Source of the DNA: Candidatus Lustribacter sp.
GTDB taxonomy: Bacteria > Vulcanimicrobiota > Vulcanimicrobiia > Vulcanimicrobiales > Vulcanimicrobiaceae
Direction: 5' to 3'
Length of the DNA: 64,000 nt
NCBI GenBank assembly: GCA_965277805.1
Contig: OZ255842.1
Span: 3,648,001-3,712,000 of the forward strand
In this document: piece after piece, positions 21,600 to 30,074 of the stretch
How the letters are laid out: every line of letters begins with the position of its first letter
Numbering within the stretch: the first letter of the stretch is position 1
The notes under the pieces: model-generated
The model's database searches: none
The model's input: the letters and a program-made list of their open reading frames with translations, nothing else
Told to the model about the DNA's origin: nothing
Made by a program: the position numbers and the translations under genes

Positions 21600-22390
21600 G
21601 CGGCGTTGTTCCAGGGCGTCAGGCGAAGAAACTTCTCCAAGTTCGTTCGGCCGATTGCCTCCGTTTTCTTGTCATCGAGGCCGCCCGCGAGATCCTCAAA
21701 GCGCGCTCGCACGGCTGCGTGCCCGTAGTCGGGAAAATCCGCACCGATGCAGATCCGGCTCTCAAATGCCCGGAAGAGAAACTTCAAATCGAGATCGATC
21801 GAGCTTCCCTGGTATTTCATCATCGTGTGCGAGAGGTCGAGAAGCAGGTTCGGCGAGTGCCGAGCGAGCTGCGCATAGCGCATCAGTTCAACGTCGCCGC
21901 CGTGAACCAGCACCAGACGGCAATCGCCCGCGTCTTGCAGCGCCGCAACCAGATCGTAGAGGGGATCATGGCGCGGATACGCGTCGACCCCGGCGTGAAA
22001 GTACGTGCACAAGAAGACCACGAGATCACGCTCGGCTGCCGCGCGAAATGCGGGCGCCAGCGACGGATCGCGCAGATCAACTCCGGAGTTGCGCGGATGA
22101 ATCTTGATGCCGCGGAACCCGAGCGTGGCGATCGCGTCGAACTGCGCAGTCACGTCTGCAGCGCGCGGGTCGACGCCCGCGATCGGCACGAGTTCCGGAT
22201 ACGGGCGGCACATTGCCGCAAACTCGGCATGCGCGTAGCCCTCGATACCGGCCAGACCGACGGCACAAGCGCGTGCGAAACCATTGTCTCGCATCGACGC
22301 AACGAGCGTTTCGACCCTCGCATCGCGGTCACTGTTCGGCCAGCGGCCGGAGAGTGTCGGATGTGCCAGAGAGTCAAAGAGACCCGTCAT
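21596..22390 (-). CDS. Amidohydrolase_2 family protein
   Basis: GFRGIKIHP, LVLVHGG, PNLLLDLS and IGADFP motifs; the N-terminal DxHxH reads DSLAH. Confidence 0.75.
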   Translation of the reverse strand: MTGLFDSLAHPTLSGRWPNSDRDARVETLVASMRDNGFARACAVGLAGIEGYAHAEFAAMCRPYPELVPIAGVDPRAADVTAQFDAIATLGFRGIKIHPRNSGVDLRDPSLAPAFRAAAERDLVVFLCTYFHAGVDAYPRHDPLYDLVAALQDAGDCRLVLVHGGDVELMRYAQLARHSPNLLLDLSHTMMKYQGSSIDLDLKFLFRAFESRICIGADFPDYGHAAVRARFEDLAGGLDDKKTEAIGRTNLEKFLRLTPWNNAA

Positions 22391-23583
22391 CCGGGCAGAT
22401 CGGTTTTTCGCCGGACCCCGCTCGCGGCAAGGCTCTTGATCTTGCGCAAGGCTGCAATGAATCGATCCTCGGGTTCAAAGCCAAGCGAGGCGCGCACGAA
22501 CCGGTCCGTACTCGCGCCATACGCCGAGCCCGGAACAACAGAGATCTTATCGTTGATCAGGAGATCGATCGCAAAGTCGTCGGCACTGCCCGGGTAGTTC
22601 TCAATCGAGATGAAGTAGTAAAACGTTCCCGTACCGGCCATCTTGACGAGGCCGATCTCGTCCATGATGCCGGCGATCCGGAGACGCTGCTCGGCGAGAA
22701 GGCGCGCCTGCGGCAATGTCGCCGCCGTCAGCTCATCGAAATAGCGCGCGACATATTGCTGCAGAATCGTCGGCGCGCAGGTAATAATGTGCTGATTGAG
22801 CTTCAGGCATTGTTTGACGAAGGCCGAATCGGCAATGAGATAGCCGAGCCGCCAACCGGCGATGCCCATGCTCTTGGAGAGCGAGTTGACAACGATCGCG
22901 CCGTCTTTATCCGGGACGATGGACGCCAGCGACACGAACTCATCGGCGGAGAGAAAGTCGCTATACGCCTCATCCATCAGGAGATAAACACCGCGCTCGC
23001 GGCACTGCGCGAACACCGATGCAATTTCGCGAGCGCCGTAGACGCGGCCCGCCGGGTTGTTGGGATTGTTGAGGATGAGGAGTTTTGTCCGCGGCGTGAA
23101 CTGCTCGGCAATCCGTGCGATGTCGACGTCGTGCGGAATAAAGCGAGGCACGGCACCGACGATGCCGGCCTGCTCTTGATAGCTCACCCAGGCGGGCTCG
23201 GGGATCGCGACCTCATCGCCCGGCTCGAGAGCCGCGAGCATGACCATGAAGATCGCTACTTTTGATCCGGCGGTAACCAGGATCTCAGTCGCCGGATCGA
23301 CCTGCGCTCCGTAATGCGCGCGATAAAACTCCGCCAGTTTGGCGCGCAGTTCGGCGATACCACGGCTGTCCGAGTAGTTGCTGCCCTTGTCGAGGTCCAT
23401 GGCATCGAAGCTCGGCCAGTCCATCGAAAAGAACGTGTCGCCCAGCGAGAGGACCGTCAGGTCTTCTCCCCTCGCCTTCAAATCGGCCACGATTTGATTC
23501 ATGCGAATCGACGCGGACTCGGCGATGTTGCGGACGCGCCGGCTCAACTGCATCGGCGGGTGCGCCGCGGTCGTTTCGCTCAC
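22387..23583 (-). CDS. PLP-dependent aminotransferase, class I/II
   Basis: VTAGSK, NNPNNPAG, DEAY, NSLSKSMGIAGWRLGY and VPGSAYG motifs. Confidence 0.92.
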   Translation of the reverse strand: MSETTAAHPPMQLSRRVRNIAESASIRMNQIVADLKARGEDLTVLSLGDTFFSMDWPSFDAMDLDKGSNYSDSRGIAELRAKLAEFYRAHYGAQVDPATEILVTAGSKVAIFMVMLAALEPGDEVAIPEPAWVSYQEQAGIVGAVPRFIPHDVDIARIAEQFTPRTKLLILNNPNNPAGRVYGAREIASVFAQCRERGVYLLMDEAYSDFLSADEFVSLASIVPDKDGAIVVNSLSKSMGIAGWRLGYLIADSAFVKQCLKLNQHIITCAPTILQQYVARYFDELTAATLPQARLLAEQRLRIAGIMDEIGLVKMAGTGTFYYFISIENYPGSADDFAIDLLINDKISVVPGSAYGASTDRFVRASLGFEPEDRFIAALRKIKSLAASGVRRKTDLPG

Positions 23584-24590
23584 GCTTCGACGTGTTGAAC
23601 GAGGCCCGAAGCGACGCGCTCCATCGTCTCGACGCTCGGATCGAGCCGATCCACGTCGCCCAAGGCAATGATCAGGCGCTTCGGGTCGACCGGAATCCGC
23701 TGCACCACGCCTTGGAGACGCGAGAGGAAGCTCGAGTGGAATCCGCCGATGCCGATGGCGACATCGAGTGAGGTGGAGCCGCCGCCGTCCGCCATGAGGG
23801 GACGAACGAACTCTTCACCGGCAGCGAGCACGCCGTAAATGTCGATGCCGGTCGGGACATCGAGCTTGTTGCAGATCGCAACGAGCGCTTCGGTTTGCGC
23901 GTTGCCGCCGCCGCGCCCGATACCCTGAAGCGTACAATCAACGATCGCCGCACCCGCGCGGTAGGCAGCCAAGCTGTTTGCATTGGCCATCAAGAGATTG
24001 TTGTGCCCGTGGAAGCCGACCGGGATCGACACGGCTGCGCATGTTTCACGAACGTACGCCGACACTTCATCGGGCAGCATGCAGCCGGCCGAATCGACCA
24101 CCGCGACAACGTCGGCACCCCATTGCTCGACCACGCGGACCGTCTCGGCATATTCCTCGGGTGAGAGCAAATACGATTTCATCGCGTTGTACGAAACGTA
24201 CAAGCCGAGGCTCTTCGCGTACTCGATGAAGGGCCGCGCCTGAGCAACTTCGGTCACGTTCGTGCCGATGCGCAGGAAGCCGAGTCCATGCTCACGTGCG
24301 GCCTTGATGTCTTCTTCACGGCCGATGCCGGGAATGATGAATGCACCGAACCGGGCCGTCGTGAGAACGCTGGTCGCCGCATCGCAGTATTCGATATCCG
24401 TCGCCGCCGCAACGCCGCGTTGCGGGTGCGATCCATTGAGGCCGACACCATGGCCGATCTCGATGAATTGAACGCCGGCATTTTCCAACGCCGAGCAGAT
24501 GGCGCGCGTATGCTGCGTCGTCCATTGGTAGTCGATCGCGTAGCTACCGTCGCGGATCGTGCAATCGAGTAAGGTGAGTGGCTTATTCAT
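23580..24590 (-). CDS. 4-hydroxy-2-oxovalerate aldolase-like enzyme (DRE-TIM metallolyase)
   Basis: DCTIRDGSY, IEIGHGVGL, IPGIG, VVDSAG, GFHGHNN, GRGGGN and HSSFL motifs, DmpG/MhpE-like. Confidence 0.88.
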   Translation of the reverse strand: MNKPLTLLDCTIRDGSYAIDYQWTTQHTRAICSALENAGVQFIEIGHGVGLNGSHPQRGVAAATDIEYCDAATSVLTTARFGAFIIPGIGREEDIKAAREHGLGFLRIGTNVTEVAQARPFIEYAKSLGLYVSYNAMKSYLLSPEEYAETVRVVEQWGADVVAVVDSAGCMLPDEVSAYVRETCAAVSIPVGFHGHNNLLMANANSLAAYRAGAAIVDCTLQGIGRGGGNAQTEALVAICNKLDVPTGIDIYGVLAAGEEFVRPLMADGGGSTSLDVAIGIGGFHSSFLSRLQGVVQRIPVDPKRLIIALGDVDRLDPSVETMERVASGLVQHVEA

Positions 24591-24594
24591 ATAC

Positions 24595-25365
24595 CTATCG
24601 CGCTACTGCGAGATCGACGGCCTCGGCGACCCGAGTGTTGGTGGCAAGCTTATTGACCGCAAAGATGGCCATCCATCGGCCTTCGAATGAGAGCCAATCG
24701 GCGTCTTTCTTCGTATCGATGTTTGCGACGCCGTGCGCCAGCTTCGGGCTGAAGAGGACGACGTCGCCCGGGCTCGTGTGCTTCTCGATCATCTCGATCT
24801 CGCCGTCGGCGCCCCGGACGAAGATGCCGCCTTCGTCGAAATCGCGGCCCAGCTCCGACATCATCAACAACGGCACGACGGCCTGGTGCGGACCGACCGG
24901 ATCGATGTGTTCGTTCATCCCGCCGATGCCCTTCGGATAAAACTGGAACGACAAGCGCGCGATGCAGTCGTCATAGGCCTCATAGCCGAGATAGGCACCG
25001 GGTTCGGCACAGGAGAGCAGATTGCGCAACTCAAAGATGAGCCGCAGCCGGCTGAACAGGCCAAAGACGTCGTCGTTCCACGGGAAGAACGAAAATTGAT
25101 GGAAGCACGCTTTTACATACGAGCGCTCGTCCCAGTGGCTGATGCGATGAAAATTTGAACAGTTCGGGAGGATCGCTTGCCAGCCGGGAAGCGAGCCCCG
25201 GCCGACCTGGCTCAGGTATGCGATCCACGCGGCAATTTCTTTGCGCGAAACGACGTTCCGGATGATGCATATGCGCTCGTCATCGAGCTGCTTCAAGAGC
25301 TCCTGACGGCACGCAGAATCTCGGACCAGATCATTCAACGGAGCTGTTTCGAAAATCTGGGTCAT
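24595..25365 (-). CDS. Putative 2OG-Fe(II) oxygenase-fold protein
   Basis: YPKGIGGMNEHID (HxD), EGG, GDVVLF..LAHGV and GRWMAIF; same motif order as 19953-20681. Confidence 0.6.
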   Translation of the reverse strand: MTQIFETAPLNDLVRDSACRQELLKQLDDERICIIRNVVSRKEIAAWIAYLSQVGRGSLPGWQAILPNCSNFHRISHWDERSYVKACFHQFSFFPWNDDVFGLFSRLRLIFELRNLLSCAEPGAYLGYEAYDDCIARLSFQFYPKGIGGMNEHIDPVGPHQAVVPLLMMSELGRDFDEGGIFVRGADGEIEMIEKHTSPGDVVLFSPKLAHGVANIDTKKDADWLSFEGRWMAIFAVNKLATNTRVAEAVDLAVAR

Positions 25366-26039
25366 TCGGAGTCGACCTCGCCGGTAGGGATGAACCCAAG
25401 GTATTCGGGGAAAATTGTGTATTTCTTGTCGAAATCGTCCTGCAAGTCGACAAAGATCGTGAACTCGAACGGCATATAGTCCTGCCTGAGCACCACACGC
25501 TTGGAGTAGCTGTACGCCAGGTCCAAGACGGCGCAGGGGTCGGCGTTGTACAAGGACTCGTCCCGGAAGTCCACGCGATCGGTGATGAAGTTGGCGGCGA
25601 AGCCCCGCCGTGCCTTAGCGCGGAAGAGGTCGAAGGTTTCGCGGATAAAGCCCCAGTTGTCGGCCATGCGGAAGTTATAGAGGCCCGACGCCACGATGAC
25701 GTCGTAGCCTTGCGGCAATCCATCCGTCGAAATATCGAGCGCGCGCAGGTCGGCCTCGGGATAGCGCTCGCGGCCGGCTTCGATCAGGCGCGGGTTGAGA
25801 TCGATCCCGTGATAGCGCACATCCGCGCGACCGCTCTGCCGGCAGTAGTCGTACATGTCGCCGAAGCCGCAGCCGAAATCGAGCAAGTCGGCGTTCGCAA
25901 GATTCCAATACGACAGTAATATATCATAGCGGAGGATATGCTGACGCTTCGTCCAGCCGAGCGTGCGCGCGTCATGGCCGTACTGCTTGAGCCGCGCGTT
26001 GTAGCGTTCGAGCGTGGAGCGTTTCTCGTCGTCGTTCAC
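25362..26039 (-). CDS. Class I SAM-dependent methyltransferase
   Basis: LLDFGCGFGD, YHGIDL, DVIVASG and GFAANF motifs. Confidence 0.88.
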   Translation of the reverse strand: MNDDEKRSTLERYNARLKQYGHDARTLGWTKRQHILRYDILLSYWNLANADLLDFGCGFGDMYDYCRQSGRADVRYHGIDLNPRLIEAGRERYPEADLRALDISTDGLPQGYDVIVASGLYNFRMADNWGFIRETFDLFRAKARRGFAANFITDRVDFRDESLYNADPCAVLDLAYSYSKRVVLRQDYMPFEFTIFVDLQDDFDKKYTIFPEYLGFIPTGEVDSE

Positions 26040-26983
26040 TCCGCAGGTTGTCCGTCGACGCGTTCGGCATACCCGATCCCGGCGCGGCCGTATCCGTTAC
26101 CGGCGTACAGGAGATAGGTCGCGTGCGGGAGCCGCATCAGGCGCGGGTAACATTGCATTTCGCTGTCGAAGTCGCTGCGGGCGAGTTCGAACGGGGCGGG
26201 CAAGCGGGTCCACGTATTCGGCGGTCCCTCGATCGAAGCGAACAGGCGATAACGATGTCCGCGCGCGGTGAAATACATGTAGCGCGTGCCGTCGACGGTA
26301 TCGATGTCGGGCGCGCCGAGCGCGTACTCATCGGGCGGGATAAGATCGACGATCACCGTGCCCGGTCGCTCCCAATGAATGCCGTCCCGCGAGTGCGCTT
26401 CACGAATATGATAGTAGTGGCGCGGCCCATCGGGACGGCGTTCCCAGCGCAAAAAGTTCGTATAGAACATGCGCCAGCCATCAGGCACCCGCTCCACGCA
26501 AATGGATCCGTTGCCCAGCGGTTCTTCATCGGTCATCGGCAACAGCGGCGCGCGCGTGGCGCGCCGGAACGTCTTGCCGCCGTCCGAGCTGATTGCTAAG
26601 CCGATCTGATTGCGAAACGGGATATCGCCGCCGAGCCGATTCCAGCCGACATAGTACATCCAAAGCTCGCCGTCGCGTTCGACGATCCAGGGATAGCTCA
26701 CGCCGTCCATGTCGAAGCATCCCGGCTCGCCTAAATCAAAGACCGGCTCTCGCGTGATTCCCGTCAGTTGCGGCGTGTCGCCCCACTTGAAGGTTGCGAT
26801 GCCGATTCTGCTCCGCACCGACTCATCTCGGCCCGTGAGAAAAAGCCGAACCGTTCCGTCGTCGGAAACGAGCGGGAAGAATGCCCCGAGGCCGCCGCCC
26901 ATCCAGCCGATCGAAAAGTCAGGCCGGAACACGACCCCGCGCGTTGCCCACGCAATCATGGTTTGCCGGTCATGCAGTGGCAA
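26036..26983 (-). CDS. Five-bladed beta-propeller glycosidase-like protein (GH32/43/130-like fold)
   Basis: LGEPGCFD, WMYYVGW, IGLAISSDGGKTF, SRDGIHW, MQCYP and YAGNGYG motifs; alternative start at ATG 26959. Confidence 0.7.
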   Translation of the reverse strand: MPLHDRQTMIAWATRGVVFRPDFSIGWMGGGLGAFFPLVSDDGTVRLFLTGRDESVRSRIGIATFKWGDTPQLTGITREPVFDLGEPGCFDMDGVSYPWIVERDGELWMYYVGWNRLGGDIPFRNQIGLAISSDGGKTFRRATRAPLLPMTDEEPLGNGSICVERVPDGWRMFYTNFLRWERRPDGPRHYYHIREAHSRDGIHWERPGTVIVDLIPPDEYALGAPDIDTVDGTRYMYFTARGHRYRLFASIEGPPNTWTRLPAPFELARSDFDSEMQCYPRLMRLPHATYLLYAGNGYGRAGIGYAERVDGQPAE

Positions 26984-28202
26984 GGAACGTCAGGGGTTGG
27001 CAAAAGGCTCCATCGGTCGTTTCGAGTCGGATCTGCGAGGCAATGTTCTGTGCGCGCGCAAGCGCCGCCGGCCCATCTTCCGCGACCACGCCGACGTAAC
27101 CGCTGCGTTGCGACGTCCACCTGATCGGCTCGATGATGCCGTCGGACGGTAGCCAGTAGTCGAAGTCGATCACGCCGTCGCTTTCGGGCAGGCCTTCGGG
27201 TACATGCATCGTGCGCGCCGTGCAGGGGGGGAAAGCGAGAAACATGAGCACGGCACCTCGGTGTGCCGGCGAGATGTCAGCGTTGTCGGAGACGTTGCAC
27301 GCGAGACGAGCGGCTTCAACCATCGGATGATAACCACCGGTGTGCGCCGCAAGATCTGGCGTGATGCTGCCGCCGCAACGGGCGGCTAGTTCGATCGGCT
27401 TCGGCCCCTCGCTCGTCAGGGTGAATTCGATGTGCCCCGGACCCTTCGAAATACCGAGCAGCGCGGTGGCTTTATTGCACATCCGCTCGATGGCAGCGAC
27501 CGTTTTGGGATCTGTCTCGCCCGGATAGCCGATCGCCAAGTCGACACGATAGGGCGGTTCCGACTTTATCTTCCGTCCGAGGGCGAGAACGTGCGTCTTT
27601 CCATCCCTCACGAGCAGTTCGGCACTGAATTGCGGACCCGAAAGTGCCTGCTCGACGAGAATGTCGGAGCCTGGCAATGCATGCTCCTGCGCGAATGCGA
27701 AGGCGCCCGCGATATCGGCCTTATCGGAAACGAGGCTCACGCCGCGGGAACCACCGTGACTCATATCCGGCTTGATGATGACGGGCAAGCCGCCCACGGA
27801 GTCGACAGCCCGCATCGCCTCGTCTGCGGATGCAACGGTTTCGTACGGCACCAAGAGTTCGGAATCATCTGCCCAGTGGCGGCGCTGTGCGAGCTTGCTA
27901 ATCGTGCGATCGATAATCGCGCGTGGCAGACCGGGAAGCTTAAAGCGCGGCTGCAGATCGGCGGCACTGAGCATCGCGACTTCATTGATACCGATGATGC
28001 CGTCGACGCCGCCCATGTCGCGAATGGCCGCGTCGAGCGCGTCGACGTCGGCAGGCGCGATTTCGAGTCCGATGTTCGCCTCGGCTAGCGCATACTGCCG
28101 CGGCAGCTTATCTGCGACGGCTACCTCAAAACCGGCAGCACGCAACGCCTTGATCGACCCGATCGTGGAGCGATTGCCCCCGATCATCAATACGCGCGGC
28201 AC
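26970..28202 (-). CDS. ATP-grasp domain ligase
   Basis: PVIIKPD..GGSRGV, LVEQALSGPQFSAE, HIEF and IELAARCGG motifs. Confidence 0.88.
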   Translation of the reverse strand: MPRVLMIGGNRSTIGSIKALRAAGFEVAVADKLPRQYALAEANIGLEIAPADVDALDAAIRDMGGVDGIIGINEVAMLSAADLQPRFKLPGLPRAIIDRTISKLAQRRHWADDSELLVPYETVASADEAMRAVDSVGGLPVIIKPDMSHGGSRGVSLVSDKADIAGAFAFAQEHALPGSDILVEQALSGPQFSAELLVRDGKTHVLALGRKIKSEPPYRVDLAIGYPGETDPKTVAAIERMCNKATALLGISKGPGHIEFTLTSEGPKPIELAARCGGSITPDLAAHTGGYHPMVEAARLACNVSDNADISPAHRGAVLMFLAFPPCTARTMHVPEGLPESDGVIDFDYWLPSDGIIEPIRWTSQRSGYVGVVAEDGPAALARAQNIASQIRLETTDGAFCQPLTFLATA

Positions 28203-28210
28203 GTTTGTGC

Positions 28211-29368
28211 CTACGCTCTAATCGCCGGCGAACCGGCCGAAAACGCGGTAACCGCTTGGATAACGCGCTCCTGCTCTTCGGCAGTCATCGTATTGTACAG
28301 CGGCAGCCGGATCAGACGATCGCTGCTCGATTCGGTTATGGGAAATTGTCCGTTGTGATAGCCGAGCTTCGCGCCATATTCCGACAGATGGAGGGGGACG
28401 TAGTGAAACACCGCGCCGATGTTCAAGCGCGCGAGATAGGCGATCAGCGCATCGCGGTCCTCAGTGGTCGGCAGCAACATGTAATAGAGGTGGTACGGCT
28501 GCGTGCAGTACTCGGGAACGGTCGGCTGTTGCACGCCGGAGCGCGAGCACCATTCGGCGAGTTCGCGCTGGTAGCGATCCCAGATCACTCCCCGGCGGGC
28601 TTGTATCTCGTCGGCCTTCTCTAGTTGCCCAAACAGAAATGCCGCCAGCAAATCGCTTCCAAGATATGAGGAACCGGGCTCGACCCAGCTATACTTGTCG
28701 ACGAGGCCTCTAAAGAAACGGCTCCGGTTCGTGCCCTTTTCGCGCACGATCTCCGCCCGCTCCACAAAGTTCGGATCGTTGACGATGAGCGCCCCGCCCT
28801 CACCGCAGACGATATTTTTGGTCTCGTGAAAGCTTTGGGTCGCGAAGGTCCCGAATGAGCCCAGCGGCCGGCCACGATACGCCCCAAAAAGTCCGTGGGC
28901 GTTATCCTCGACGATGTGCAATCCGTGCCGCGCCGCGATTTCGCTGATCTGATCCATCTCGCAGCTGACGCCGGCGTAGTGCACGATAGCGATCGCGCGC
29001 GTTCGCGGCGTTATCGCCGCCTCGATTAGGCGTTCGTCGATGTTCAGGGTGTCCGGACGAACGTCCACAAAAATCGGGCGGGCTCCCCGCAGGACGAACG
29101 CGTTCGCGGTCGACACGAACGTGAAGGACGGCATGATCACTTCGTCGCCTGGCTCCAAATCCAGCAGAAGCGCGCTCATATCGAGGGCGTGCGTACAGGA
29201 CGTGGTGAAGAGCGCCTTGAGCCCGCCGGTGGCACGTTCGAGCAGTTCGCTTGCCCGCTTCGTATAATGGCCGTCACCCGACAGGTGAGCGCGAGCGATG
29301 GCGTCGGTCATATAACCGACCTCGTCGCCCATGAGCACAGGGCGGTTGAAGGGGACTCGGTCGCTCAC
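28211..29368 (-). CDS. wecE: dTDP-4-amino-4,6-dideoxygalactose transaminase
   Basis: VPFNRP, SGDG, TTSCTHAL, MPSFTFVSTANAF, SFHETKN, GEGGAL, EKGTNRSRF and AVFHYVPLH motifs. Confidence 0.93.
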   Translation of the reverse strand: MSDRVPFNRPVLMGDEVGYMTDAIARAHLSGDGHYTKRASELLERATGGLKALFTTSCTHALDMSALLLDLEPGDEVIMPSFTFVSTANAFVLRGARPIFVDVRPDTLNIDERLIEAAITPRTRAIAIVHYAGVSCEMDQISEIAARHGLHIVEDNAHGLFGAYRGRPLGSFGTFATQSFHETKNIVCGEGGALIVNDPNFVERAEIVREKGTNRSRFFRGLVDKYSWVEPGSSYLGSDLLAAFLFGQLEKADEIQARRGVIWDRYQRELAEWCSRSGVQQPTVPEYCTQPYHLYYMLLPTTEDRDALIAYLARLNIGAVFHYVPLHLSEYGAKLGYHNGQFPITESSSDRLIRLPLYNTMTAEEQERVIQAVTAFSAGSPAIRA

Positions 29369-29457
29369 GCCTGTAGCTTTGCCTCCAGGATACGGGCAAA
29401 CCCTCCCTCGCCGTGGTCTAGGTTCGCATAACCGCTAGCTCGAAACGCGGCACGTAT

Positions 29458-30057
29458 ATGCACATCCGTGACATTCTTAATTATGCGGCGGTCTACCGAG
29501 CGTTTACGGCTGTTGTCGGCGGGACTCGCGGCCGTACGCATTTTTCAGAATTCATTCGCGCGAAGGACGGGGACCGGATTCTGGATCTGGGTTGCGGACC
29601 CGCCGATATTGTTGAGTACCTGCCCAACGTGGAGTATATCGGGCTAGATTCAAATCCCGCATACATCGAAAATGCGCAGCAGCGCTGGGGAGTGAGAGGA
29701 ACGTTCATTTGCGCACCTGTCGCTGAAGCAACCGCTCAGCATGCCGGCACCTTCGACATCGTGCTTGCCATCGGCGTCCTTCATCACCTCACCGATAGCG
29801 AGGTTACCGAACTCTTCAAGGATGCGTTCCTCGCGCTGCGGCCCGGTGGAAGACTCGTCACCCTCGACGGCGTTTACACCAAGCGCCAAAACCCGCTGGC
29901 CCGGTTCTTGCTCTCGCAAGACCGCGGCAGATTCGTTCGCACGCAGACCGAGTACGAACGCCTCGCGCATACATCGTTTGCAAACATCGCATGCCACGTG
30001 GATAATCTCGCTGCACCCGTGCCATACACGCACTTGATCATGGAGTGCGCCAAATAA
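29458..30057 (+). CDS. Class I SAM-dependent methyltransferase
   Basis: ILDLGCGP, GVLHHL, LRPGG and QDRGRFVR motifs. Confidence 0.88.
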   Translation: MHIRDILNYAAVYRAFTAVVGGTRGRTHFSEFIRAKDGDRILDLGCGPADIVEYLPNVEYIGLDSNPAYIENAQQRWGVRGTFICAPVAEATAQHAGTFDIVLAIGVLHHLTDSEVTELFKDAFLALRPGGRLVTLDGVYTKRQNPLARFLLSQDRGRFVRTQTEYERLAHTSFANIACHVDNLAAPVPYTHLIMECAK

Positions 30058-30074
30058 GACGTCCCGGCAGCTCA

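Noticed and set aside
23580-24590. Aromatic meta-cleavage pathway
   Set aside because: No ring-cleavage dioxygenase, hydratase or acylating aldehyde dehydrogenase nearby; the context is glycan biosynthesis.
28211-29368. Enterobacterial common antigen locus
   Set aside because: Only wecE is recognisable; the other wec genes are absent and the context differs.
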